A stretch of 64,000 bases of DNA from an uncultured delta proteobacterium (GCA_963755715.1 CAVWLW010000074.1:64001-128000), one strand, 5' to 3'; shown: positions 31,163 through 42,748, counted from the first letter of the stretch. Program-made: numbers and translations. Notes: generated from the letters alone by a model not told the origin.

Positions 31163-34100
31163 TTGAACACGTCTTTTCACCCGTTAGTCCAGCGCTGGTT
31201 TGCCGAGAAATTCCAAACTCCAACGCCGGCACAAGCGCAGGGTTGGGAGTCCATCGCCGCCGGAAAATCCACGTTGATCGCGGCGCCGACGGGGTCGGGC
31301 AAGACCTTGGCCGCGTTTCTCTGGTCTCTCGACCGGCTGATCAAGCGCGCGCTCAACGGCGGGCTCGATGAGTGCACCAGCGTGGTTTATGTCTCGCCGC
31401 TCAAGGCGCTTGGCAACGATATCGCCAAGAATCTGCAGGCGCCGCTGGCGGAAATTTACGATCTGGCGGGACGCGAAGGAATTCTTCTGCCGACGATTCG
31501 CGTGGCCGTTCGTTCCGGCGATACGCCGGCGCAAGAGCGCCAAGCGATGGTGCGAAAACCGCCGCATATTCTCATCACGACGCCCGAGTCGCTTTATATT
31601 TTGCTCACTGCCGCGCGCAGCCGCGACTTCTTGAAAACCGCCCAGACATTGATCGTCGATGAAATCCACGCGGTCGCGCAAGACAAACGCGGCGCGCATC
31701 TGGCGCTATCGCTCGAGCGTCTGGATGCGCTGGCCGAACGGCCGCTGCAGCGAATCGGCTTGAGCGCGACGCAAAAGCCGATCGAAGAAGTTGCCCGTCT
31801 GCTGGTCGGGACGCGCCATATTTCAGCGGACGGCGCGCCCGGCTGCGCCATTGTCGATGTCGGTCACAAGCGCGAGATGGAGCTTCACATCGAGGTGCCC
31901 GATGAAGAGCTCGGACCGATTATCCGCCAAGATATCTGGGCCGCGGTCTACGATAAGCTCGTGGCGCAAATTCAGGCGCACCACACGACGTTGATCTTCG
32001 TCAACACGCGCCGTTTGGTCGAACGCGTGGCGCACCAGTTGACGGAGCGTTTGGGCGAGGGCAAAGTCGGCGCGCATCACGGCAGCCTATCGCGCAAGAC
32101 TCGCCTCGAGGTCGAAGAGAAACTCAAATCCGGCGAATTTTCGGTCGTTGTCGCCACCGCTTCGCTGGAGCTCGGCATCGACATCGGCCACGTCGATGTG
32201 GTCTGTCATATCGGTTCGCCGAGAAATCTGGCGGTCCTGCTGCAGCGGGTCGGCCGCTCGGGGCATTGGCTCGGCGCGATTCCCAAAGGCATTCTCTATC
32301 CTTTGACCCGTGACGATCTGTTGCAATCGGTCGCGGCGATTCGCGCCGTACGACAGGGGCAGTTGGACAAGCTCAGCGTGGTCAAGAAACCGCTCGACGT
32401 TTTGGCACAGCAAATGGTCGCGACGGTAGCGAGTGTGACACCGTCGGAAAAGGCCGCTGGCAAGAAGCGCGGCCATGAGCAAGACGGCATCTCGGAAGAG
32501 GCATTGTGGCAACTCGTTCGTGCCGCTTATCCATACAGAGAGCTCACGCGAGAAGAGTACGAGCAGTTGCTCGAAATGCTCAGCGAAGGTGTGGAAACCC
32601 GGCGCAGCCGGAGGAGCGCTTATATTCACCGCGATCGTATCAACGGCATGCTGCGGGCGCGCCGCGGTGCGCGCTTGACCGCGATCACCAACGGCGGCGC
32701 GATTCCCGATACCGCTGACTACGATGTCATCGAGTTTCCGAGTGAAACCTTCGTCGGCAAAGTGCACGAGGACTTCGCCATCGAAAGTCTCGGGGGCGAT
32801 ATTTTTCTGCTCGGGAACCGTTCCTGGCGCATCCGCCGCGTCGGCTCGGGCAAAGTTCATGTCGAAGACGCCCAAGGCCTTCCGCCGACGATTCCTTTCT
32901 GGATGGGCGAAGCGCCGGGGCGGACGCTGGAATTATCCAAAGCGGTTGCCGATTTGCGCGAGGACTGTCGCGGCGAAGCTGGCGGACCGAGCCGGAGCGG
33001 CGCAATGGCTGATCGAAGAAGTTTCCATGCCGCCGAGCGCCGCCGAGCAAATCGTCAATTACGTCGGCGAAACTGTGGCGACTCTCGGCACGGTGCCGTC
33101 GCAGGAAAAAGTCATCGCCGAGCGGTTCTTCGACGAGGCCGGCGGCATGCAGTTGATTCTTCATTCACCTTGGGGCGGGCGCATCAACCGGGCCTGGGGC
33201 TTGGCGCTGCGCAAGCGTTTTTGCGTGAGCTTCGACCGGGAGCTGCAGGCGGCGGCGACCGACGATGGCATCTGCATTTCTCTGGTCGAACAGCACTCGT
33301 TTCCATTGAGCGATGTTTTTTTGATGCTCAAACCGGCGATGCTCGAAGAGAATCTGACTCAGGCCGCGCTCGCCTCGCCGATGTTCGACAACCGCTGGCG
33401 CTGGAACGCAACTCGCGCTCTGGCGATCCAGCGTCACAGCGGCGGCCGCAAAGTTCCCGTGGCGCTTCAGCGCATGCGCGCCGAAGATCTTTTGGCCGCG
33501 GTTTTTCCCGAACAAGTGATGTGCCAGGACAACCGCACCGGACCGGTAGAGCTTCCCGATCATCCGCTGGTCAAAGAGACCATCGGCGATTGCCTGCACG
33601 AAGCTATGGACATGGATGGCTTGGCGCAAATTCTCGCGCGCATCGAGAGCGGGGCGATCGAAACGCTCGCCATCGATACGCCGGCGCCTTCGCCGATGGC
33701 CCATGAGATTCTCAACGCCAATCCCTACGCGTTCTTGGACGACGCGCCGCTGGAAGAACGGCGCGCGCGGGCGGTGTCGCTGCGCCGTGTCGATCCGTGG
33801 CTGGGCCGTGAATTCGGCCGGCTCGATCAAGCGGCGATCGACGAAGTGCGCAAACAGGCATGGCCCGAAGCGCGCAATCCGGACGAATTACACGATCTCT
33901 TGCTCGGCGTCGGGTTATTGCCCGTCGAACGGCGGCCCGATTGGCAGGCATTGGCCGCACGAGTTGATTAAGAACCGCCGCGCCACCGTCGCTGTCTGGC
34001 ACGACGAAGATACCGAACGGCGCGCTTATCTCGCCGCGGAGCGCAGCGACTTGATCCGGCTCGCGATCGGCGGGGTTCTCCTCAATCCGCCGGTGGAACT

Positions 34101-35529
34101 GCCGCTTGGTTTCAGCGAAAACGTTGCGTCGCCGGAGGAAGCGTTTAGAAAAATCGCTCAGGGTTGGCTCGAAGTCAGTGGGCCGATTACGGATCGAAAA
34201 CTCGCGGCGAGCTTGGGGCTACCGTTGAATAAGATCGACGCGGCGTTAATCGCATTGGAAAGCGCCGGTGTCGCGATGCGCGGCGAATTTACGACCGAAG
34301 GCGGCGCAAACGGCGGCGTCGAGTGGTGCGATCGAGTGCTATTGGCGCGGATTCATCGTTTGACCTTGGGCCGCATGCGCAGAGAAATCGAGCCCGTATC
34401 GGCGGCGGACTTCATGAAGTTTTTGCTCGCTTGGCAACACGTCGCTCCGGGAATGCAATTGCGTGGACGAGACGGCGTGCTGCGCGTGATCGAGCAATTG
34501 CAAGGGCTCGAACTCCCGGCTCCCGCATGGGAGCAGCATGTTTTGCCGGCTCGGGTCGAACGCTACGATCCCGCCGACCTCGAGCATCTTTGCCTCGCGG
34601 GTGTGATCACGTGGGGGCGGTTACGAAGCGGGGCGAGCGCGGTGGAGGACAGCGCGCGGCCGCCCGTGGCGCCGCGCCGAGCTAGGCGGCTCTTGGCGCC
34701 GGGGCGAAACGCGCCGATCTCGTTTTTGTTGCGCGAGGATCTCGGTTCGTTTTTGGAGCCGACGGCGCAGCGTCTCGAGGAAATCACGACACTCTCACCG
34801 ATGGCGTTGGAAGTCGCTCGCTTTCTCGAGCGCCACGGCGCTTCGTTTCTCGATGATATCGCGCGCGGCACCGGTCTCTTGAAGATCAAGGTCGAAGAGG
34901 CTTTGTGGCAACTGGTCGCGCATGGCCGCGCCACCGGCGATGGGATTGCCGGGCTCCGAGTTCTTCTGACGCCGGCGCACAAACGGGTCGAACGGCGCCG
35001 TACGCTGCGGATCATCTCGGGCGGGAAAAGCCCGGAGCGATCCATGCCAGTGGGCCGCTGGTCGTTGTGGCGCAATCACGGCGCGGATGAGCGGAGCAAC
35101 GACGAAGCGCGATCGGAGCGGCGGGCGCGGCAACTGTTGCAGCGTTACGGCGTGGTCTTTCGCGATTTACTCGCGCGCGAACAGATGTCGCCGTCCTGGC
35201 GCAGCTTACTCGGCGTCTATCGGCGTTTGGAGGCGCGGGGCGAAATTCGCGGCGGGCGCTTTATCGACGGATTTGTCGGCGAGCAGTTCGCGTTGCCGCA
35301 AGCGGTCGATACGCTGCGCGCAGGAAGACGCAACGAGACAGGGCAGGGACCTGTGATTGTTTCGGCGGCCGATCCGCTAAATTTGATCGGCATACTGAGT
35401 CCCGGCTCGCGGCTCTCGCCTTATTCGAATCAGGCCATTGCCTACGAAAACGGGATTGCTATTGGTTCAGGTTTGTTGGGCGAGCTGCGTAGTCAGTTGC
35501 AGCACGCCTCGGCGCCGCAGCCCGGTTAG
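31163..35529 (+). CDS. lhr: Lhr-family large DEAD/DEAH-box helicase, split by two +1 frameshifts (~32962, ~33955)
   Basis: APTGSGKT, SPLKAL, IVDEIH, LSATQ, ATASLELGIDIG, QRVGRSGH; the C-terminal ORF has EARGEIRGGRFIDGFVGEQFA. Confidence 0.9.
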
Positions 35530-35658
35530 ACGATGGGTTTTGAGAAAAAGCTCGGTCTTAGCGAACGAAATGAGCCTGGACCAAAAGAATTCGGCCCAAT
35601 AACGGCGTGGAAAACCGCAAACCTTATGGCAATCGGTTTTGCGGATCAGGGATGAAAT

Positions 35659-35946
35659 CTAGGGTCGCGCCTGGCCGTTTATCTGTTTTAATGTTGGCGC
35701 GCTTAGAACCTCTTTTAAAACCCGGATTTCAACGACATCTTCTTGTAACCGAGTCAGACCTTCTTTGGCGCGATGGATTTCCCCGAGCATGGAATCAAGC
35801 TCACCGATGCTGATTGATTCCAGCGCCTGGCGAATCTTGCGGTTCATGCCGAACAAATTCTGCATGCCGCCTTTATCGGAAATCTTGTTGTCCAAATCGA
35901 TATATACGCGAGTTAGGCCTTCCATTTGGCTCTTCACGTCGTCCAC
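35659..35946 (-). CDS. Hypothetical coiled-coil protein (~95 aa)
   Basis: GTG start preceded by AAGGAGG; amphipathic helical sequence VDDVKSQMEGL... Confidence 0.65.
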   Translation of the reverse strand: MDDVKSQMEGLTRVYIDLDNKISDKGGMQNLFGMNRKIRQALESISIGELDSMLGEIHRAKEGLTRLQEDVVEIRVLKEVLSAPTLKQINGQARP

Positions 35947-36132
35947 GGGTTTTCCTCCTTGTGTGCTTGCCACAAATGTTGGGTTGATGTACCTACCACA
36001 AATCATGTTTGTGATTCGAAAACAAGCACGGAGGGATTCTAAGTAATATTTTGTCGCAAAACATGAAGGTTAGCGTAAAAGTTGGAGCGTTTTGTTGTAT
36101 TTTCATCGGGTCGATCATTGAGGTGATTTCAC

Positions 36133-38355
36133 ATGAGCGAAATCCGCAGCGTCGGTATTCCCAGTCCGCGCGTTGAAGGCGAACAAAAAGTCGGCGGTGA
36201 CGCGGTCTACGCCATCGATGTCGTGTTGCCCGACATGCTCTGGGCGAAAGTTTTGCGCAGTCCGATCGCCCATGGCCGAATAAAAAAAATCGACGCCGCC
36301 AAAGCGCTTGAATTACCAGGCGTGCGCGCCATCGTTTCCGGCGCGGATCTCGCCGGCGCCAAGATCGGCAAAAAGATCGTCGACATGCCGCTGCTCGCCG
36401 ACGGCGTGGTACGCTACGTCGGTGAAAAAATCGCCGCGGTTGCGGCGGAGAGCGAAGCGATCGCCGAAGCCGCCCTTGATTTGATCGAAGTCGAGTATGA
36501 AGATTTACCGATTGTCACCGATGCACTGGAGGCGATGGCGCCGGGCGCCCCCCTGTTGCATCCGAACGTCGCCGAATACAAAGGACTGCTTCATAAAATC
36601 GAGACTCCGAGCAATGTTTTTGTCGCGCTCCATTGGAAAAAGGGCGAGGTGCAAGAGGGTTTTCGCCAATCCGACGTCGTCATCGAGAATACTTTTACCG
36701 TTCCCGCCGTCCACCAGGCCTACATCGAGCCGCACTCGTCGCTGGTGCGGCTGAATCCCGACGGCACAGCGGACATCTGGTCGTCGAACAAGAGTCCGTT
36801 CGCGCTGCGCGATCAGGTCGGCAACGCCTTGCAAGTCGCGCCGGCGAATCTGATCATCCATCCTTGTTACGTCGGCGGCGACTTCGGCGGCAAGGGCGAC
36901 GGCAACGACGTGGCGCTTTGCTATGCCTTGGCGAAAAAAAGCGGCCGGCCGGTCAAGCTCGTTGTCGATTACACCGAGGAGTTGACCGCAGGCAATCCTC
37001 GTCACGGCGCCGTCATCCAGGTGAAGACCGGCGTCAAAAAGAACGGCATCTTGATCGCGCAGCATGTGCAATTCATTTTCGATAGCGGCGCTTACGGCGC
37101 TTACCGGCCGCAGGGCTTTTTGGTTGGCGCTCATGATGCGCCGGGGCCGTATCGAGTGCCCAACTGTTTGGTCGAAGAAAAATACGTTTACACGAACAAG
37201 ATGCCGTGTGGCTACATGCGCGCGCCGGGTCATCTGCAGGCAATGTTTGCGTGCGAGAGCCAGACCGATCTGGTGGCTCGTCAACTGAAGATCGATCCGA
37301 TCGAGTTTCGCCGCATGAATTTGATGCACGACGGCGACGCCGCGCCGCTCGGGGAGGTGATCCCGCATGTGAAGGCCACCGAAACCTTGCTGAAGGCGCT
37401 CGATGAGTCGGGGTATCGCCGCGACAAGAAAAAAAATATCGGCCGCGGTTGCGCGATCGCGGACTGGGTTTCCAAAGGCGGCGAATCTTACGCTTTTGTC
37501 AAGCTCGATGAGGAAGGCGTCGTGACGCTTTCTTCCGCGGTGACCGACACGGGGCCCGGCGTCTTTACCATGATGCGCCAGGTCGTCGGCGAAGAGCTCA
37601 AGGTGCCGCTCGATGCGATCCGGGTCGAGATGTTGGACTCGTCAAAAGTCATCAAAGACACCGGCGTGCGCGGCAGCAGCAGTACGCGCGTGCATGGCAA
37701 CTCGGCATTGGACGCGGCACAAAGACTGCGCGACGCGATTCTCAACGTCGCCGCGCGTGTGATGGACGCCAAGCCGGATGAATTGATATTGTACGACGGC
37801 GGCGTCACTCATGGCCGGGCCGAGCGGCGCATGACCTACGGCGAGATCGCGCGCGCCAACGGCAAACCTTTGATTGCCGAGGGCCATTATCTGAATATGG
37901 CCGACGGGCCGGAAGCTTCGCTAGTGGCGCAGGTCGCCGAAGTCGAAGTGGACGAGGATACCGGCGCAGTGCGCGTGAAAAAACTGACCACAGCGCACAA
38001 CACCGGCACGATCTTAAATCCCTCGACCCATCAAGGTCAGATTGACGGCGCGGTCGTTATGGGATTTGGCTACGGGGTGATCGAAAATCTCGCCTACGAC
38101 GAGAGCGGCAAAGTTCTGGCGGCCAATCTGGGCGAGTACAAAATTCCCAACATCCAGGATATTCCCGAGCTCAGGACGGCTATTATCCAATCCGATTTCG
38201 GCAGCGGACCCTACAACAGTATGAGCATCGGCGAGACGGCGCTGATCCCGACCGCGGCGGCCATCGCCAACGCGATCGAAGATGCGATCGGCGTGCGCAT
38301 TAAATCTCTGCCGATCACGGCGGAAAAGGTATTGAACGCACTCAAGGGACGGTAA
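36133..38355 (+). CDS. Xanthine dehydrogenase family molybdopterin-binding (large) subunit
   Basis: LRSPIAHGRI, AYIEPH, VGGDFGGK, MRAPG, AEVEVDEDTG, GQIDGAVVMG, SIGE. Confidence 0.93.
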   Translation: MSEIRSVGIPSPRVEGEQKVGGDAVYAIDVVLPDMLWAKVLRSPIAHGRIKKIDAAKALELPGVRAIVSGADLAGAKIGKKIVDMPLLADGVVRYVGEKIAAVAAESEAIAEAALDLIEVEYEDLPIVTDALEAMAPGAPLLHPNVAEYKGLLHKIETPSNVFVALHWKKGEVQEGFRQSDVVIENTFTVPAVHQAYIEPHSSLVRLNPDGTADIWSSNKSPFALRDQVGNALQVAPANLIIHPCYVGGDFGGKGDGNDVALCYALAKKSGRPVKLVVDYTEELTAGNPRHGAVIQVKTGVKKNGILIAQHVQFIFDSGAYGAYRPQGFLVGAHDAPGPYRVPNCLVEEKYVYTNKMPCGYMRAPGHLQAMFACESQTDLVARQLKIDPIEFRRMNLMHDGDAAPLGEVIPHVKATETLLKALDESGYRRDKKKNIGRGCAIADWVSKGGESYAFVKLDEEGVVTLSSAVTDTGPGVFTMMRQVVGEELKVPLDAIRVEMLDSSKVIKDTGVRGSSSTRVHGNSALDAAQRLRDAILNVAARVMDAKPDELILYDGGVTHGRAERRMTYGEIARANGKPLIAEGHYLNMADGPEASLVAQVAEVEVDEDTGAVRVKKLTTAHNTGTILNPSTHQGQIDGAVVMGFGYGVIENLAYDESGKVLAANLGEYKIPNIQDIPELRTAIIQSDFGSGPYNSMSIGETALIPTAAAIANAIEDAIGVRIKSLPITAEKVLNALKGR

Positions 38356-38410
38356 CGCACACACCGATTGCTGGTTCGGGTTAAGGCGAATTTTTTTTCC
38401 ATCTTGATGT

Positions 38411-38773
38411 ATGGGCAATGCTGTTCTCGGACCGGTCGAGCGAATCGTCAAGGCGACTCGCTATTCACTGAGCGGGTTAATCGATGCGTGGCGCACGCAA
38501 GCGCCGTTGCGGTACGAATGTTTCGTGTTGGCGATCATCGTGCCGTTGGCGTGGAGCCTGCGAACAACCGCTGTCGAGCGTTCATTGCTGATCGGCAGTT
38601 GGCTCTTGGTCATCGTTGTCGAGCTCATCAATTCAGCCATCGAAACAGTCGTCAACCGGATCGGCAGCGAGCCCCATGACCTCTCCGGACGCGCCAAGGA
38701 CCTAGGATCTGCCGCGGTTTTCTGTTCCATCGTTCTGGCCGTGACAGTCTGGCTGATTCTGTGCCTCGGGTGA
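38411..38773 (+). CDS. dgkA: Diacylglycerol kinase
   Basis: YSLSGL, ELINSAIETVVNRI, SGRAKDLGSAAV. Confidence 0.93.
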   Translation: MGNAVLGPVERIVKATRYSLSGLIDAWRTQAPLRYECFVLAIIVPLAWSLRTTAVERSLLIGSWLLVIVVELINSAIETVVNRIGSEPHDLSGRAKDLGSAAVFCSIVLAVTVWLILCLG

Positions 38774-39039
38774 GCGATTAATGAAAAATTTTTTGGAGTG
38801 AATTATGAATCGCTGCACGCGTCGTCAGTAATGAGTGCGTGCAATTCGACCGCGTGGTTGTAAAATCTTCGTAAGAAGAGCTGAAAAAGACGCTCAAAAG
38901 TCAGGATAGCGATCGGCTTGGGCATCTTCTGGATTCCCGCTAATTATCAAGGTTTGTTAGCTGGAAAGGTCGATGGCGATATGCGAGCCGAGCCGCGCGA
39001 CGCGATCGACCTTTCGCGGCGAGGCCGGGATTTGCCGGT

Positions 39040-39462
39040 TTAAGTCGAAGCTAAGGTCAAAGCCTGGAGCAAAATCTCGGGTATCCGAGTGATTCGGCCG
39101 GATTGATCGATGCAGGCATGCGCGGTTTTACCGCCGGCTAAAAAGCTGCCGTCAGTTTCGCGTGAGATCCGATAGACGAATTTTAACGAGGCCCGGCCCA
39201 ATTCTACCAACGTGGTTTCGATTTCTATAAGATCATCGTAGCGCGCCGATTGGGTGTAGCGGCAGTTTACTTCCACGACCGGAAAATGAAATCCTTGCCC
39301 CTCGATGGTCGAATAGGGCAAGCCGATTTGACGGAGAAATTCCGATCTGCCACTCTCAAACCAGCGGAGATAGTTGGCGTAGTAAACGACTCCCATCTGA
39401 TCGGTATCGCCGTAAATGACGCGGTACGAACTGATGCGTTTGACGCTTGGCTGCTTTTTCAT
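39040..39462 (-). CDS. Acyl-CoA thioesterase (YbgC/4HBT family)
   Basis: RVIYGDTDQMGVVYYANYLRWFE. Confidence 0.92.
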   Translation of the reverse strand: MKKQPSVKRISSYRVIYGDTDQMGVVYYANYLRWFESGRSEFLRQIGLPYSTIEGQGFHFPVVEVNCRYTQSARYDDLIEIETTLVELGRASLKFVYRISRETDGSFLAGGKTAHACIDQSGRITRIPEILLQALTLAST

Positions 39463-39630
39463 GGCAAAATATCTTTATTTGCTTTTGCCGATTTTCTCAA
39501 TGCGCCTCGGCGCCGGCGACTTGCCTTGACAAGCGAAACTGAAGTGTGATTTAAGCTGATGAAAATTATTTTTCTATTATGATGAAGCGGCGTTGACGAT
39601 GAGCCGCGTCATCTTTGAGGAGGATGAATC

Positions 39631-40086
39631 ATGAACAATGCCTTAAAAGATTATTCCTGGTTGCTTAGCGTCGCCCTGTTAGCGGTGCTAGGCGTTGGGT
39701 GCAGCTCGGTGGAAGAAAAGCCGGCGCCGACGCCGCCGGCAGCAGCGGCGAAACCGGCTCCCGCTCCGGCCCCGGCTCCCGCGCCGGAGAAATCAGAGTC
39801 TGCGAAGGCGTCGAAAACCAAGGCGGTTGAAGTCGAAGGCGTGATCAGTGCGGTGGGCCAAAGAACGATCACCTTTCAAATGGAACGCAAAGGCAAAGTG
39901 CGCGAAGAAGTCGTTGGCGTAGATGACAAAACCAAAATCGAAAAGAGCGGCGCGAATATTAAGCTGCGCGAGCTTCAGGAGACCGACAAGGCTTTGATCA
40001 ATTATGAGCCGGAAGCCTACACGCCGGCGATCGCCATTAAAGTCACGGGCAAAGGCGAAATCCAAAAGGTCGGGGGCGACGATTAG
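39631..40086 (+). CDS. Hypothetical lipoprotein with Pro/Ala linker and probable OB-like beta domain
   Basis: Lipobox VGC after a hydrophobic stretch; GAGGAGG RBS. Confidence 0.75.
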   Translation: MNNALKDYSWLLSVALLAVLGVGCSSVEEKPAPTPPAAAAKPAPAPAPAPAPEKSESAKASKTKAVEVEGVISAVGQRTITFQMERKGKVREEVVGVDDKTKIEKSGANIKLRELQETDKALINYEPEAYTPAIAIKVTGKGEIQKVGGDD

Positions 40087-40985
40087 GAACGGTAGCGGTC
40101 GGCTCGATCGCCGCCGACCACCTCCAAATCAAACGACTGATCTTCTCTCAGAATTCTGAACGAGATCCGTTCCCCTGGAAGCTTTTTCCACATTTCCTGG
40201 TAAAGCTCCTGGCGCGAACGGATTTCTTTTTTATTGACCGTGAGAATGATGTCGCCTTGCTGCAGACCAAACTTCGCGGCGGGTCCAGTCGGCACGACGC
40301 CGCCGATGACGACATGCCCGGCCATAACCTCCGGATAGATGCCAAGCCAGGGTCTTTTGGGACGGCTGCGAACTTGCCCGTACTGCTTCAGTTCCCGTTC
40401 GTAATTCCGATAGTAGTCAATCGGAATCGCCAGCGAAAATTTCCCAACTTCGCTTAAATTCAAAGATACGATGCCGGCCAATTCGCCGCGGAAATTGGCC
40501 AGCGTGCCGCCGCCGAAGCCGGGATTGGACGCAGTGACCCGAATTGTTTTGTCGATCATGTATTCCCACTGGCCGTCATAACCCTCGACGGACGTTACAT
40601 AACCACCGCTGACCCGCCGTCCGGTTCCACCGCTGCTGGCAACCATCACTACGGGCTGGCCTAAAGCGATCGAATCGGCCGGCGCCAGCTTGAGATAGGG
40701 CAAATTTTGCGCGGCAATTTTAACCAGCGATAGTCCGGTTTCTTGATCTTGAGCCGCTACTTGGGCCGGATATTGCTCGCCGTCTGGTAAGGTCACGGTA
40801 ATCGAAGATGCGCCGACGGTCACGTAGTGAACCGTCAGGATGTAACCGTCAGAGTCGACGATCGTGCCAGAACCGACGCGCTCTGAACCCAGATTGCTCG
40901 CTGATGGATGACTTTCCGGAATATTAACGTGAAGATCCACCGTGGCGGGTAGGATCGAGTGAATCAAACCGATATGGCCGTTCAA
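40083..40985 (-). CDS. Trypsin-like (S1C) plus PDZ protein, catalytic triad degenerate
   Basis: GSGTIVDSDGYILT, NPGFGGG in place of NPGNSGG, PWLGI, GPAAKFGLQQGDII PDZ motif. Confidence 0.85.
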   Translation of the reverse strand: MNGHIGLIHSILPATVDLHVNIPESHPSASNLGSERVGSGTIVDSDGYILTVHYVTVGASSITVTLPDGEQYPAQVAAQDQETGLSLVKIAAQNLPYLKLAPADSIALGQPVVMVASSGGTGRRVSGGYVTSVEGYDGQWEYMIDKTIRVTASNPGFGGGTLANFRGELAGIVSLNLSEVGKFSLAIPIDYYRNYERELKQYGQVRSRPKRPWLGIYPEVMAGHVVIGGVVPTGPAAKFGLQQGDIILTVNKKEIRSRQELYQEMWKKLPGERISFRILREDQSFDLEVVGGDRADRYRS

Positions 40986-41986
40986 AACGCGACTCCTTCG
41001 GCGTCGTGGAAATATGGCGGATTGGTAGCGTCATCATTCTCGCCGGAAAACAGTCTGCCCTGCCACGTGTCGCGACTTTCGAGAGCCTCAAGGATGGCGT
41101 TATGGACGCCGAGTTTGTCAATCGACCATTCCGGGGCGACGGTGATAGCGCGGTAAGTTTCGCCTGACAATCGATGGATGATCATATTCGGATTCAAGCG
41201 CTCGAGAAAATCCACTACCAAGGCGACGTACTCGACGCGGCTAAAGAGCGGAACTTGTCCGGCTAGGTAAAATTTTTCCAACGGCGTGTTCTTGATCACA
41301 TGGAGGTTGTGCAATTTGACTCCGTCGATCTGCAACCGATTGAGTAATTCCGGCGTTCTCAACATGTCATCGCGGCTCTCCCCTGGAAAGCCGAGAATGA
41401 GATGGGTGCAAAGCCTTAGCTCGCGTGCTTTGGCGCGCTCAACCGCGTCGATAAATTCCCTCAAGCCATGACCGCGATTGACCCACGCGAGCGTACGGTC
41501 GTACATGGATTCGAGTCCGATCTCTAGCCAAAGATAAGTTTGTTTCGCTAGATCGCGTAGCAGATCGAGCGTCTCATCGGCAAGGCAATCCGGCCGCGTT
41601 GCGATCGACAGTCCGACGACGCCGGGAAAGCGCAACGCCTCCTCGTAAAGCCGGGCAAGCTTGGCCGTGGAATCATAGGTGTTCGTATAGCTTTGAAAAT
41701 AGGCGATAAATTGCTCCGCCTTGTGGCGCCGCTGGATCGCCAAAGCGCCTTTTTCGAGCTGCGTCGTAACCGAAGTGCGCGGCCGGTAGTCTTGGGCCGT
41801 GTGGCTCGCGTTGTTACAATAAATGCAGCCGCCGACCGCTACTTTGCCATCGCGATTGGGACAGGTGAAATCCATGCGCAAACCGATCTTGTAGACGCGC
41901 GCATCAAAGCGATCGCGCAGCGCGCGATTAAACGAATTGAATCGCTTTTCGCGCCAACGTTGTGCAAGAGAGTTGGGGAAATTCAT
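40982..41986 (-). CDS. TIGR01212-family radical SAM protein (YhcC-like)
   Basis: FTCPNRDG...GGCIYCN, AYFQSYTNTY, ATRPDCL, GVKLHNL. Confidence 0.92.
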   Translation of the reverse strand: MNFPNSLAQRWREKRFNSFNRALRDRFDARVYKIGLRMDFTCPNRDGKVAVGGCIYCNNASHTAQDYRPRTSVTTQLEKGALAIQRRHKAEQFIAYFQSYTNTYDSTAKLARLYEEALRFPGVVGLSIATRPDCLADETLDLLRDLAKQTYLWLEIGLESMYDRTLAWVNRGHGLREFIDAVERAKARELRLCTHLILGFPGESRDDMLRTPELLNRLQIDGVKLHNLHVIKNTPLEKFYLAGQVPLFSRVEYVALVVDFLERLNPNMIIHRLSGETYRAITVAPEWSIDKLGVHNAILEALESRDTWQGRLFSGENDDATNPPYFHDAEGVAF

Positions 41987-42151
41987 GAGACGAACCTAAA
42001 AAGAGTTAACAAAAAGACTAAGAATACTCAAGGTGAAGAAATGAGCCCGAGTTAATCTGAGAGCCACGATAAAGCCCCGGAACGAGTCCTGGCTTACGAT
42101 GGAAGTCGCGAATATATCATGGGCTTTTCGCAACTGGAGGGCTGTCCTTGC

Positions 42152-42179
42152 TTGACAATGAAGAGAAATTGTCTATATT
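42152..42179 (+). promoter_or_regulatory. Sigma70-type promoter of the yceD-rpmF-plsX-fab operon
   Basis: TTGACA-N16-TATATT about 30 nt upstream of yceD. Confidence 0.55.
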
Positions 42180-42211
42180 CATTTAACACTTGACGGCCCG
42201 CGCGACCGCTG

Positions 42212-42748
42212 ATGAAAATCTCCGTTGACGAGATTCCTCAATCACCCAAAGAGATCACCTTCTCGGAAAGCATTGAGGAACTTAATGAGATCTACCGCCG
42301 GAGTAATAGCCGGGATTTTAGTTTTCCACCCCGTCTGGACGTAGACTTGACCTACTACCGCTCGGGGCGGGAGATTTTTTTGAGCGGAGCTTTTCATGGA
42401 TCATTCAAAGGGTGCTGCGGGCGCTGTTTGGAGCATTATGGGTTTCCTTTAAATAGTCATTTCGACATCGTTCTCACACCCGATCCCGCCAAGTTAGAGC
42501 GCGGCGCGGAAGAGTTACATCGGGACGAGCTCGGTTTGAGCTATTATTCGTCGGATGAGATCAATCTGGAGCCGCTGGTCGCGGAGCAAGTCATGTTGGC
42601 GTTACCGACTCGACCCCTGTGTTCGGATAATTGCCGCGGCTTATGCGGCCATTGCGGCGCCAATCTCAACAAAGAAGCTTGCAGCTGTTCCACCGTGGTC
42701 GGCGATCCGCGCATGGCGATTTTCCGAACGCTTAAAGTCGGTCGATAA
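42212..42748 (+). CDS. yceD: DUF177/YceD family protein
   Basis: CGRCL, LALPTRPLCSDNCRGLCGHCGANLN, DPR; upstream of rpmF. Confidence 0.92.
   Translation: MKISVDEIPQSPKEITFSESIEELNEIYRRSNSRDFSFPPRLDVDLTYYRSGREIFLSGAFHGSFKGCCGRCLEHYGFPLNSHFDIVLTPDPAKLERGAEELHRDELGLSYYSSDEINLEPLVAEQVMLALPTRPLCSDNCRGLCGHCGANLNKEACSCSTVVGDPRMAIFRTLKVGR

Noticed and set aside
31163-35529. Programmed ribosomal frameshifting or true pseudogenes in lhr, fabG, ribD
   Set aside because: No slippery sequences; a uniform single-base duplication pattern fits sequencing error better
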